Origin: Candidatus Eiseniibacteriota bacterium
Lineage (GTDB): Bacteria; Eisenbacteria; RBG-16-71-46
DNA length: 64,000 nucleotides
Direction: 5' to 3'
Assembly: GCA_031370785.1 (NCBI GenBank)
Contig: JANMQY010000107.1
Span: forward strand, 1-64,000
The notes below the pieces were generated by a model. It saw nothing but the letters and a program-made list of their open reading frames with translations, made no database searches and had not been told where the DNA came from. Positions 38,031-47,424 of this stretch are shown piece by piece; within the stretch, counting starts at the first letter, position 1; each line of letters begins with the position of its first letter. A program made the translations under genes and the position numbers.

Positions 38031-40670
38031 CTACGCAGCGCGGTTGAGGATCTCCTCGAGACGCTTGATGTGCGCTTCGGCACGTTCGACCGCACCCTGC
38101 GCGACTTCGAGCGCATGCGAGGCGGTCTTGAGGTTCTCCTCGCGACCGGCGCGCTCGATCTCTCCGAAGGCGACGACGCACTCGCTCGCGCCGATCGTGG
38201 CCGACATGCCCTTGAGGCCGTGGGACTCGAACTCGACCAGTCGCGCATCTCCGGTGCTGATCGCCTCGGCGAGGCGCACCATGCGCTGGCCAACGTCGGC
38301 AAGGAAGGTCTGGAGCAGCGCATCGCGCAACGCCGGAATTCCCATGCACGACTCTTCCAGGCGCACGTTGTCGATCGGCACCACTGGCGCCGGCGGGGCA
38401 TCGGTGCCAGCCTCGTCGGCTGCGCCCTTGGCCACCACGGTCACATCGGCGGCGGTCAGCGCACGCGGACCCGCGGGCTTGGCGACCCCGGCAGTCTTCG
38501 CGGGTGCGGCCTTCGCGGCGGCGGCGGCCTTTGCGGCTGCGGGCTTCGCTGCGGCGGTCGCCTGCGTCTCGGGCCGCTCGGCGGGCTCCTTGCTGCCAAA
38601 GGTCACGAAGCGCTCGACCGCGGCGCACAGCTCGCCCAGGTCGATCGGCTTCTTGAGGACGTCGTCCATGCCACCCGCGATGCAGCGCTCACGTTCGCCC
38701 GGCTGGAGCTTGTCGCTCAGGCCGATGATCGGCGTCCGCGTCTTGCCGCGCTCGCGCGCACGCAGCGCCGCGGCGGCGGTGAGTCCGTCCTTGCCGCTCA
38801 GCTGCATGTCCATGAGCACGACGTCGTATTTCTGGCGCTCGCAGCACTGGAGCATCGCCCTGGCATCGTTGACCACTTCGATGGTGTAGCCGAGGCGCTG
38901 CAGCGCCCAGTCGGCGACCATCTGGTTGACCTTGTTATCCTCGACCACCAGCACGCGCACCCGACCGCGGCGCGCCTCGGCGACCGAGTGGCGCGTCACC
39001 AGCTTGTGCTCCGTCCCGGATCGCGGGCTCAACACCTCGATGAGCGCGTCGTAGAGCTCGGACCACTGGACCGGCTTGAGCATGTAGGCCGAGAAGCCGA
39101 GCTGCTGCGCGCGCTGCGCGTCACCCTTGCGTCCGAGCACGGTGAGCAGCACCGTGCGCGTCGCCGCGTAGCGCTCGTCGGAATGAATCGTGGCTCCCAG
39201 CTGCTCCCCTTCCATGCCGGCCAGGTTCATCTCGATCAGGGCAACCCGATACGGGTCCGGGGTGGAGGCGGCTCTGCGCAGCATGCTCATCGCCTCTTCC
39301 CCGTTTTCCACCTCGTCGGTGCGACAGCCCCACGCATTCAGCATCTCGCACAGCGCCTCGCGGGCCGTCTTCGACGGATCCACCACCAGGGCGCGTACAC
39401 CGCGCAGCTGCACGTTCGAAGGATCGCCGGCTTGCGGCTGATCGGTCTGCTTGGCCAGCGGAAGCGCGAACCAGAACGTGTTGCCGTGCCCGGATCGGGT
39501 GTTGACCCCGACCATGCCACCCATCAGCGTGACCAGCTGGCGCGAGACCGCAAGGCCGAGTCCCACGCCGCCGAAGCGGCGCCAGCCATCGGCATCGGGG
39601 CCTGCGAAGGAGCTGGCGAGGCGCGCGGCATTGTCCTCGGACATCGCGGTCGCCGCGTCGGTGAGCGCGAATCGGACGCTGACCTTCTGGTTGTCCTCCT
39701 CGAGCCGCTCGATGTCGAGCGTGACCCTGCCTCCCTCGCTGAACTTGACCGCGTTCTGCCCCAGGTTCAGCAGCACCTGGCGCAGGCGCGCCGGGTCGCC
39801 GATCACGCGCGAGGGCACCTCGTGGTGCACGCGACAGTCGAACACCAGATCCTTGTCGAGCGCAACAGGCGCGAGCAGCGAGACCACTTCTTCGACCGTG
39901 ACCCGCAGGTCGAAGCTGATCATCTCCTGCCGCATCGTGCCGCTGTCCAGGCGCGAGAAGTCGAGCGTGTCGTTGATCAGGTTGAGCAGGGCGCGGCTCT
40001 GGTTGCGAATGACCTCGACCATGGTGCGCTGCTCGGTCTCGAGTTCGCTTTCGAGCAGGAGCTGAGTCGTGCCCATGATGCCGTTCATCGGCGAGCGGAT
40101 TTCCTCGCTCATGTTGGCGAGGAACTCGCCCTTGAGCTGGAGCTGCGCCTTGAGATCGTCCACCTCGGCCGAGCCCGCGCGCGGGTTCGCGTCGCGGTTG
40201 CGGGGCGTGGTCGATGGCGATGAGAGCGGCGTGGCGACGACCGAACGCGGAGCGTCAACGGCCGCCGGGGGATTCCACGCCGCCAGCGGACGCGCCACAC
40301 CGACGAACGAGAGTTCGCCGTCCTGGCGCTCGAAGCAGCGGACACGTGCCAGCACCTGCAGCTCTCCGCCGTCGCGACCGACCAGCATGAGAGTGCGGCG
40401 CAGTTCGGAAGCGCGACTGCGACCCTGCCTCATGAACGCGCGCAGTGCGGAGACGCGGCCGTTCGCGGAGAGGATCGCGGTGAAAGGTTTGTTGAGCAGC
40501 TCGGAGGCGCGGTGGCCGGTGAGCGACTCGAGCGCAGGATTGAGCCACTGGAATCGGCCGAGAGCGTCGCAGGCGAAGAGCAGATCGGGCGTGGCGTCGA
40601 GCAGCTCACGCAATCCGATCGGGGACGATGCGGGAAGCGGCACGCGGGAACCGTCCTTGTGTTCGCTCAT
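38031..40670 (-). CDS. PAS-HisKA-HATPase-REC-REC-Hpt hybrid sensor, catalytically degenerate (H-box His replaced by Glu)
   Basis: FLANMSEEIRSPMNG, N-box LNLGQNAVKF, degenerate G1 (DAATAM), REC1 IEMNL, REC2 LMDMQL, Hpt SHGLKG. Confidence 0.88.
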   Translation of the reverse strand: MSEHKDGSRVPLPASSPIGLRELLDATPDLLFACDALGRFQWLNPALESLTGHRASELLNKPFTAILSANGRVSALRAFMRQGRSRASELRRTLMLVGRDGGELQVLARVRCFERQDGELSFVGVARPLAAWNPPAAVDAPRSVVATPLSSPSTTPRNRDANPRAGSAEVDDLKAQLQLKGEFLANMSEEIRSPMNGIMGTTQLLLESELETEQRTMVEVIRNQSRALLNLINDTLDFSRLDSGTMRQEMISFDLRVTVEEVVSLLAPVALDKDLVFDCRVHHEVPSRVIGDPARLRQVLLNLGQNAVKFSEGGRVTLDIERLEEDNQKVSVRFALTDAATAMSEDNAARLASSFAGPDADGWRRFGGVGLGLAVSRQLVTLMGGMVGVNTRSGHGNTFWFALPLAKQTDQPQAGDPSNVQLRGVRALVVDPSKTAREALCEMLNAWGCRTDEVENGEEAMSMLRRAASTPDPYRVALIEMNLAGMEGEQLGATIHSDERYAATRTVLLTVLGRKGDAQRAQQLGFSAYMLKPVQWSELYDALIEVLSPRSGTEHKLVTRHSVAEARRGRVRVLVVEDNKVNQMVADWALQRLGYTIEVVNDARAMLQCCERQKYDVVLMDMQLSGKDGLTAAAALRARERGKTRTPIIGLSDKLQPGERERCIAGGMDDVLKKPIDLGELCAAVERFVTFGSKEPAERPETQATAAAKPAAAKAAAAAKAAPAKTAGVAKPAGPRALTAADVTVVAKGAADEAGTDAPPAPVVPIDNVRLEESCMGIPALRDALLQTFLADVGQRMVRLAEAISTGDARLVEFESHGLKGMSATIGASECVVAFGEIERAGREENLKTASHALEVAQGAVERAEAHIKRLEEILNRAA

Positions 40671-40987
40671 GGTGCCTCGGATCAATCGTAGGGTTGGTCG
40701 TGGCGATCCTGGCCCGACCGGGGTCAATGGCCTGTCAGTAAGGGTTTTCGGCGACTTGCCATCCGGACTTGAGCGCCGGCTGGTCCTCGTGATCGGGATG
40801 CGGGTCGAGCAGGAGCCCTGACCGGGAGTTCCGACCATCGGGGCGGAGCCCAGCCGGCGCGCCCCTTCGTGGTCGCATGTTAAGAACCAGCGCCAATCTG
40901 CCGAAGCACAGGCAGCGAGGGGAGCTGGGCGATCCCCCTTGGCAGCGGCGTGGACCCGACGCAAACCAGAACCAACCGAGCCACTAC

Positions 40988-41440
40988 ATGAGCGAAACCA
41001 ACAAGGTAGTCGCACACTTCCTCGACGGCAGTGTGCTCAAGGGCACGACCTGGGATTTTTCGCTCGGCCGCCCGGCCTTCCACGTGTCTCAGCCTGGATC
41101 GGACGACCTCCAGATCGTCCGCTTCGAGCTGTTGAAGGCGGTGTTCTTCGTCAAGGAGCTCGCCGGACACCGCGAGCGCCGCGACTTCCCGCGATTCGAG
41201 CGTGGCAACACCGAGAAGACCAAGGGCACCAAGGTCTCGGTTCTCTTCAGGGACGGCGAGCTGCTTTGCGGCTACGCTCCCGCCTTCGCGCCCGCGCCGG
41301 CCGGCTTCATCCTGTCGATCGCGGATCCGCGCAGCAACAATCTGCGCGTGTACGTTCTGTTCCATGCGACGAAGGAGATTGGCGTCGGCCCCGAAGCCGA
41401 AGCGCTCGTGCGCCGGTTGCGACGCACCAAGGCGGCATAG
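40988..41440 (+). CDS. DUF6982-like hypothetical protein
   Basis: NKVVAHFLDGSVLKGTTWDF, LKAVFFVKEL, VLFRDGELLCG, ADPRSNNLRVYV. Confidence 0.7.
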   Translation: MSETNKVVAHFLDGSVLKGTTWDFSLGRPAFHVSQPGSDDLQIVRFELLKAVFFVKELAGHRERRDFPRFERGNTEKTKGTKVSVLFRDGELLCGYAPAFAPAPAGFILSIADPRSNNLRVYVLFHATKEIGVGPEAEALVRRLRRTKAA

Positions 41441-41473
41441 GCGCGCCGTTCGCGCACTGCGGCTTCGAGCGCA

Positions 41474-41513
41474 GAAACAAAAGGGCTCCGGTTCGGCTTC
41501 GAACCGGAGCCCT
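41474..41513 (-). terminator. Strong intrinsic terminator
   Basis: Perfect 14-bp stem agggctccggttcg/cgaaccggagccct, 4-nt loop, followed by TTTGTTT on minus strand. Confidence 0.85.
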
Positions 41514-41590
41514 GAGACTTTCGGTTTTGGCGACGCTGGGTTACCCCGCTTCGGGGCACTTCCCGGTTCGTCACTGCAGCCGGAGATCCC

Positions 41591-41635
41591 CTACGAGGAC
41601 GTCACCTCCACCGAACCCAACAAATTCTTGTCCAA
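41591..41635 (-). CDS. Putative 14-aa micropeptide MDKNLLGSVEVTSS
   Basis: TTG start directly after AAGGAGGTGATCCA; TAG stop. Confidence 0.4.
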   Translation of the reverse strand: MDKNLLGSVEVTSS

Positions 41636-41773
41636 TGGATCACCTCCTTCTCGGGGCCTACCTGCCACGGAGGGACCCAACCCTCCCGATCCCGTTGGCC
41701 GCCCGAGCCTTCAGGACCGCGCGCGATTCTTTCGCGCGAGCGAACTGCGCGGAGTTTCTGCGGAGCCGGACGA

Positions 41774-41788
41774 GTTGTCAATGACAAC
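41774..41788. promoter_or_regulatory. Perfect palindrome GTTGTCA-A-TGACAAC overlapping a minus-strand TTGACA -35
   Basis: 7-1-7 inverted repeat; TTGACA at 41776-41781 (minus), 17 bp from GAAACT. Confidence 0.55.
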
Positions 41789-41832
41789 CTGGTTGTGGCA
41801 ACCGTCCCCGGGGCCAGTTGCACGAAGGTCAG

Positions 41833-42357
41833 CTAGTGCGTGTCGCCCGCCGTCTTCACGTTCGCGAGATCGGCGCTGTTCAGGAACAGCCCGCGCGAAC
41901 CGCGCACCATGGTCGCGGTCCCGTTCAGCGTCACGGTCTTTCCCATCAGCGGGATCATCGCGGTCTTGATCTCGACCTGTCCGTCACGCCGCGGATGGTG
42001 CTCTTCAGGAAACAGGAAATAGACCATCTTTGCGCTGGTCAGAAGTCCAATCGGCTGGCCGTTTCCGGCGCACTTGGCTGCGCACGCCTCGTGTCCCGCA
42101 CCGTGCTTGCCGAGCTCGAGGTAACACGACACGTCGATGACTTCGCCCGTGAGGCTCACGCGCTTTCCGCTCGCGAGCACCTTGCGATGTTCCGCCGTGG
42201 TTGCGGCCTCGTAGGTGGTCGCGGACCACTTCGAGCTGTCGTTCGCCTTGCCCGCCTGTTCCTTGGCCCACGCCGACCGCGTCGCGCTGAAAGCCAGCGC
42301 CCCGAGCAGCGTCACGCCGACGACGAGCGCGCTCACCATCTCTCGCTTGATTCTCAT
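41833..42357 (-). CDS. Secreted hypothetical protein with Cys/His motif
   Basis: GGAGG RBS, signal peptide, LTGEVIDVSCYL...HEACAAKCAGNGQP. Confidence 0.75.
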   Translation of the reverse strand: MRIKREMVSALVVGVTLLGALAFSATRSAWAKEQAGKANDSSKWSATTYEAATTAEHRKVLASGKRVSLTGEVIDVSCYLELGKHGAGHEACAAKCAGNGQPIGLLTSAKMVYFLFPEEHHPRRDGQVEIKTAMIPLMGKTVTLNGTATMVRGSRGLFLNSADLANVKTAGDTH

Positions 42358-42619
42358 TTCCGATTCCTCCTGGATCCGCCGGCAGAATCGCCGGCGCATT
42401 GGCGGGCACGGTAGCGCGTCGGGCGACCCAAGGCGAGGAGGGGGAAACGGGCGTTGGGCGGTCGGTGCGGGCGGTTTGGGTGCGAAAGCCGGGGAAAGTT
42501 GGCGCCCGGAGGAGGAATCCGGAGCAGCCGGCAGGTTCGGGCAACCCTTGTCGGGCCGCCGCCGTAGTGATGCTCGTGCCTACCGCTTCATCTTCCGGAA
42601 CCCATTGTGGGGTGTACCC

Positions 42620-43162
42620 ATGAAAACCTTCATTCCTGCTCTCGCCATTCTCGCCGCTCTCGCGGCTCCCGGCGCGCCAGAGGCATCGTGTCGGGGCCCG
42701 GCCTGCTCGAACCTCTCGCTAGGCGATCCGCCGGCGCGTCTCGCGTCGCGCTACGACACGCGCGATGCGCGAATTGCCATCACTCCCGAGACCGGTGAGG
42801 CGGTTCTCCTTCTCACGGATGACGTCGTTGCGCTGCAGCTCTCGGACCGCACGCTTCACAGGATCTGGCGCAAGATGAAGGATGAGGAGAAGGAAGGCCC
42901 GGACGCGGTCCTCGCCCATGTCTTCAAGGTCGCGGTGTTCAGCAGCGTCCGCGCGCTTCTCAGCAGCAGCGCGGAGATTCCGGTCCGCGACCTGCGCGAT
43001 GTCGAGTATCGGAACGGGCGGCTGGTCTTCACGACGAAGAATGGCGAGCGGGTCTTCGGGCACGTACGCGTGAATGATCGCGACATGATGGCGGGATTCG
43101 CGGAGTCGGACGCACGCCTGTTCGTGAACGAGTTCCACCGCGTGCAGGCCCGCACGCGCTGA
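42620..43162 (+). CDS. Secreted hypothetical protein
   Basis: Signal peptide MKTFIPALAILAALAAPG; coding-like composition. Confidence 0.65.
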   Translation: MKTFIPALAILAALAAPGAPEASCRGPACSNLSLGDPPARLASRYDTRDARIAITPETGEAVLLLTDDVVALQLSDRTLHRIWRKMKDEEKEGPDAVLAHVFKVAVFSSVRALLSSSAEIPVRDLRDVEYRNGRLVFTTKNGERVFGHVRVNDRDMMAGFAESDARLFVNEFHRVQARTR

Positions 43163-43181
43163 AGCGAATCGCTCCCGATCG

Positions 43182-44579
43182 CTATGTGCTCGCGACGCCG
43201 GCTTCTGCCCCGCTCGGCTGGCCGCTCACGACGGGCCCCGCGCCGAAGTTCAGCCGCAGGCGGAACTCGCGCCGCAGCAGCAGCAGGCTCAGCGCCATCT
43301 GCATCGCGACCGCGGCGACCGAGAGATACCAGATCCAGCGGAGCTGAAATCCCGGAAGCCGCGCGAGAAAGAAGGCCGGCACCGCGACCAGCACGATGCG
43401 CATGAACGAGGCGACCAGCGATGGCACGGTGTTCCCCATCGCCTGGAAGGTGCTCGAGGCGACGAAGATGATCCCGGAGGCGACGTAGTTCCACGAGATG
43501 ATCCGCAGATACTCGCTTCCGACCGCGACCACGTGCGGATCTGACGAGAAGACGCGGATCATCGCCTCGGTCGCGATGTGGCACAGCACCGTGAACACCA
43601 ACATCAGCACGGAGGCGCCCAGCGCCGCGCTGCGAAACGTCTCGCGCACTCGATCGGCGTGGCGCGCGCCGAAGTTCTGGCCCGCGACCGGCGCTACCGC
43701 GAACCCCAGCGCCACCACCGGCATGAATCCCGCCTGCACGATGCGCATACCGATGCCGAACCCCGCCTGCGCCGCCGAACCGAATGGGCGTGCGATCGCG
43801 TACACGATGAGGACGTAGATCCCGATGAGCGCGAACTCGGCTCCCGAGGGCAGCCCGATCGCGAGGATCTTTCCCCACAGCGCGGTCTGCGGGCGCCAGT
43901 CGGCGGGCCGGAACTTGAGGAATACGTCCTTCGGCAGGAAATAAAGTACGAGCCACACCGAGCCCACGAGTATCGCGATGAGCGACGCGATTGCGGCGCC
44001 CGCCACCCCGAGCGGGCGATGCGTGACCCAGCCGAAGATCAGAAATGGCGCAAGCACGATGTTGATGATCACCGTGGTGCTCTGAATGACCATCCCCGGC
44101 TTGAAATTTCCGGTGCCGCGCAGCGCGGCAGCCATCGCGACCATCGCGAACTGCAGCGCGGTCGCCGGGATGAACCACAGGAGATAATCGCTCGCGAGCC
44201 GCGCCGTGGTGGCATCTGCGCTCAGCATGCGCACGTAACCCGGGCGGAGCGCCATCGCGATCGCCAGGTAGACCACGCCCGCCAGGGTCGAGAGCACGAG
44301 CGCCTGATTGAAGACGAGGAGCGCACGCTCGTGATCGGCGCGGCCCGCCGCATGCGAGATCAGTGCGGTGGTGCCGATGCCGAGCATCATCGTGGCCGCG
44401 AGCACGATGAACATGACGTTGCCGGCGATCCCGACCGCCGCAACCGCCTCCTTGCCGAGCCGCCCCACCCAGTAGAGGTCGACCAGGAAATAGAGCGTCT
44501 GGAAGACCATGGTGACCAGCATGAAGCTGGTGGTCTTGATGAGATGGCGGGAAACCGGGCCGGTCGTGAGGTCCTGCAT
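43182..44579 (-). CDS. MATE family efflux transporter
   Basis: MQDLTTG, QTLYFLVDLYWVGRLG, LRGTGN, NIVLAPFLIFG, GVAGAAIAS, GQNFGA. Confidence 0.92.
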   Translation of the reverse strand: MQDLTTGPVSRHLIKTTSFMLVTMVFQTLYFLVDLYWVGRLGKEAVAAVGIAGNVMFIVLAATMMLGIGTTALISHAAGRADHERALLVFNQALVLSTLAGVVYLAIAMALRPGYVRMLSADATTARLASDYLLWFIPATALQFAMVAMAAALRGTGNFKPGMVIQSTTVIINIVLAPFLIFGWVTHRPLGVAGAAIASLIAILVGSVWLVLYFLPKDVFLKFRPADWRPQTALWGKILAIGLPSGAEFALIGIYVLIVYAIARPFGSAAQAGFGIGMRIVQAGFMPVVALGFAVAPVAGQNFGARHADRVRETFRSAALGASVLMLVFTVLCHIATEAMIRVFSSDPHVVAVGSEYLRIISWNYVASGIIFVASSTFQAMGNTVPSLVASFMRIVLVAVPAFFLARLPGFQLRWIWYLSVAAVAMQMALSLLLLRREFRLRLNFGAGPVVSGQPSGAEAGVAST

Positions 44580-44695
44580 GTTCCCAATCTACACCACGCT
44601 CGAGATCGAAGCTTGTGGCGTTCCCGGCTCTCCTCTAGATTTGCCGATCCATTGGCGGCGGATGATCGAACCGTTCAACGAACGGAGGCACCAGG

Positions 44696-45340
44696 ATGCG
44701 CAGCGTATTTCTTGGAATGTTCCTGCTGATGTTGATCGCGCCCGCGGCAATGGCTCAGACCGGAAAACACTTCGCCCTGGGTGGGGCGGTAGGTCTCACG
44801 CACTACATCGACGAGGATTTCAGCTCCAAGAACCCGGGTTTCTCGATCGCCTACCGATTCCGGCTCAATCCCGAATCGAAGGAGGGTTGGAGCTGGGCTC
44901 CGAAGAGTGGGTTTGGGTGGTCGAATCGCAAGACATCGACGGACATCGGCGGCACCCGCACGCAGCTCGGCAAGCTACAGACGATCCTGATCATGGCTGG
45001 CGTCCAGCGAAAGCTCCGCCAGGGCCCGTGGCAGCTCGGCATGGGCGTCGTGGCTGGAGGCTCGATCAATCACTTCGAGGTGGACAGGGCCGCCCGCGAC
45101 GCATATCAGAGCCGCCTTGGCCTCGACCTCACCGAATTGAAGGTCAAGAACTCGATCGCGATTCGGCCCGAAGTCGGCGCGTGGTACGACCTGAGCGATT
45201 GGTTCGCACTGCACGGCTCGGTTTCCTACCTGTTCAATCGCCCCAAGGCGGAAACCACCCTGGGAGGCGTGACGACCTCTTCCACGTGGAAGACCGATCA
45301 CGCCAGCGTGAGCGTCGGCCTGGTGGTGGGAGTCTTCTGA
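44696..45340 (+). CDS. Outer-membrane beta-barrel protein (OmpW/OmpA-like)
   Basis: Signal peptide, alternating amphipathic strands, C-terminal Phe. Confidence 0.7.
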   Translation: MRSVFLGMFLLMLIAPAAMAQTGKHFALGGAVGLTHYIDEDFSSKNPGFSIAYRFRLNPESKEGWSWAPKSGFGWSNRKTSTDIGGTRTQLGKLQTILIMAGVQRKLRQGPWQLGMGVVAGGSINHFEVDRAARDAYQSRLGLDLTELKVKNSIAIRPEVGAWYDLSDWFALHGSVSYLFNRPKAETTLGGVTTSSTWKTDHASVSVGLVVGVF

Positions 45341-45344
45341 GGCT

Positions 45345-46880
45345 CTAGATGTAGGACTTGAGCTTCGGCCATGCCTGGCGAAGGTTCACGCGGGGCTTGC
45401 GCGCGATCGAGACATCGAGCCCGTTCTCGTACGGCATCGCGTAGCGCGAGTTCGTCTGGCCCACGATCTCGATCTCCTCGAAGAACTGCGCGTTGTCCGA
45501 GCGGCCCCCGCCGATGATGATCAACACCGAGCCGTCGAAATCCCCGGGCCCCCACAGCCAGTAGCTGTTGTGCGAGCTCATCGCATGGGGCAGACCTATT
45601 TTCCGTCCCAGCACATCCACCGCCCCCGCCTCGCCGTAGTTCTGTCCGAACACCCGGCACCTTGCGCGTTCCTCAGGGGTCAGGCGCGCGTACGCCTTCG
45701 CGACCAGCGCGACCATGTCGTCCCACCCGTGCATGTCGGCGTACTGTTGCGGCAGGCTGCCCATCTCTTGCCGCTCATCGGTGTGCGGCTGCATCCCCAG
45801 CGCCGCCTGATATCGAATGAAGGTCTCGACCGGAAGGATTGGGAGAGCGAACGGAATCGTCGGCGCACCGAGCAGGACGATGAACGCGATGCTCACCGGC
45901 CGGAGCCAGCCGCGCCGGGAGCGGCCCATGAAGCGCTCGAACGCGATCGCCCCGAGTGCGAACAGCATCGGGTAGGCGACCGCGAGGTATGAGGCTCGGC
46001 TCCTCCCACCCACCGCGAGGAGCACGGACACCGCAAGATAGATGAGTGCGAGAATCCGCCCGCGCTTCTTCCAGTCGGTGAGCAGGCCGAAGAAGATCCC
46101 ACTCACCCAGATCAGCGCGTTCCCCGGCCCCATGCTGAGCACCTGCTCGAGCACGAACTTCGCGAACGGCACCGCGACCATCTTTCGCGCGGTGGCGTTG
46201 TGCATGAACTCGAGCGTGGGCCAGCCGTTCTGAACCTGCCACACGACGTGCGGAAGGAAGATCAGCCCGGCGATCGCGGCGGAGACCCATGGCCACGGGG
46301 TTGCGAGCCGACGGCGATGCCCGGTCAGGATGAGGCCGAGCATCAGCGCGCCGGCGAACCACGACATGCTGATCTTGTTGAGGAGCCCGATCCCGACCAC
46401 GACTCCGAGCACGATCCAATCGCGAGGAGACTCCGAGCCCAGCGCCCGGATCAGGACCGAGATCGCGATCGTCCACAGGAGAATGTCGAAACAGTTCATC
46501 GAATAGTAGTGGTCGATGCCGAGGAATGTCGGCGAGAGAAGCGCCACCAGGGCCGCCAGCACCTGTGCGTAGCGCCCGCCTCCGAGCTGGCGCGCAATCG
46601 TGCCGGTGAGGAACACGGTCGCGGCGCCGCAGAGCGCCGGCACCATGCGCAGCGCCGGAAGCGAGTCGCCGAAGAGCCGACGCACGAGCGCGAGCACCGC
46701 GATCGAGAACGGCGGATGCTCGACGTATCCCCAGCTCAGATGATTCGTGCTCGCGAGGTAGTACAGTTCGTCACGAAAATAGCCGTACTGGGACATCGCC
46801 CAGATCTGGAGCAGGAGCTGTACGAGCGCGATCGCGGCCAGGACCAGCAGATCGCCGCGGCGATCGTTTCTCGCTTCCAT
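45345..46880 (-). CDS. Glycosyltransferase family 39 (ArnT/PMT-like)
   Basis: YGYFRDELYY, WGYVEHPP, GLLNK, PHVVWQVQNGWP, NYGEAGA, HNSYWLWGP. Confidence 0.88.
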   Translation of the reverse strand: MEARNDRRGDLLVLAAIALVQLLLQIWAMSQYGYFRDELYYLASTNHLSWGYVEHPPFSIAVLALVRRLFGDSLPALRMVPALCGAATVFLTGTIARQLGGGRYAQVLAALVALLSPTFLGIDHYYSMNCFDILLWTIAISVLIRALGSESPRDWIVLGVVVGIGLLNKISMSWFAGALMLGLILTGHRRRLATPWPWVSAAIAGLIFLPHVVWQVQNGWPTLEFMHNATARKMVAVPFAKFVLEQVLSMGPGNALIWVSGIFFGLLTDWKKRGRILALIYLAVSVLLAVGGRSRASYLAVAYPMLFALGAIAFERFMGRSRRGWLRPVSIAFIVLLGAPTIPFALPILPVETFIRYQAALGMQPHTDERQEMGSLPQQYADMHGWDDMVALVAKAYARLTPEERARCRVFGQNYGEAGAVDVLGRKIGLPHAMSSHNSYWLWGPGDFDGSVLIIIGGGRSDNAQFFEEIEIVGQTNSRYAMPYENGLDVSIARKPRVNLRQAWPKLKSYI

Positions 46881-47044
46881 GCGAAATCTCCTCGGACATG
46901 CGCCACCGGCGGACGCTCGCGCCAGGAATCAGGCGAGCAGGGCGAGACGTTAGCGCATGCGAGGAGATCGGGGAATCCGAGGCCGCACGGCACCTCGGCG
47001 TCGGCGGGCAACCCCGCCGACGCCATTCGAGGCGCTACGGAGTG

Positions 47045-47134
47045 TTACGGAGTGGGCAGGACCACGCTGTTGCTCGCCATCGTGCACGCGCCGACCCGCG
47101 CGAGCGCTCTACCCGTCAGCGTTGCTCCGGTATG
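47045..47134 (-). pseudogene. C-terminal remnant of ice-binding-like (DUF3494) protein
   Basis: HTGATLTGRALARVGACTMASNSVVLPTP* resembles the DUF3494 C-terminus; no upstream body. Confidence 0.5.
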
Positions 47135-47250
47135 CCCGCGGTGGCCGCGACGTTCCGCGCAACTCTTCCCTAACCGCAGCGCAGGCGGAAGATCCAGCTC
47201 GGTTTCATCCACGCCGACGATCGATCGCTCGGCGCGGGATCCGGCATCGC

Positions 47251-47358
47251 TGGAGCGATGCGGCGCAGGACAAGGCGTGCATCGGCTGAGCGCGGGAGGC
47301 GAAGTACGACCCGCAAAACCTGTTCCGGATGAATCAGAAAATCGCGCCCGCGAAGTAG
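47251..47358 (+). pseudogene. Remnant of FAD-linked oxidase BBE domain
   Basis: WSDAAQDKACIG*ARE AKYDPQNLFRMNQKIAPAK*: in-frame TGA at a usual Trp position and an internal deletion. Confidence 0.65.
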
Positions 47359-47424
47359 TCGGCGAGGGGCTTCGGCGCGCAGGCGTCGAGGCCCCTCCGT
47401 CGGGACGCCCTCGAGGCAATCGGG

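Larger units (their letters stand above)
41474..41745 (-). ncRNA. Candidate structured small RNA / micropeptide mRNA with extended Shine-Dalgarno
   Basis: Lies between promoter and terminator; several hairpins; AGAAGGAGGTGATCCA and a second GGAGGTGA; 5' end approximate. Confidence 0.45.

Noticed and set aside
38490..38560. AAK-rich repeat in the hybrid sensor
   Set aside because: Ordinary low-complexity linker between REC2 and Hpt
36615..40223. 1202-aa plus-strand ORF
   Set aside because: Antisense shadow of the MFS and hybrid sensor genes in high-GC DNA; no motifs
41636..41651. 16S rRNA gene 3' end (TGGATCACCTCCTT)
   Set aside because: Only ~16 nt match; no helix 44/45 sequence upstream and no ITS or 23S downstream, so not an rRNA gene
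47287..47289. In-frame TGA as selenocysteine or recoding
   Set aside because: Falls at a Trp position within a truncated, deleted fragment; a nonsense mutation is simpler
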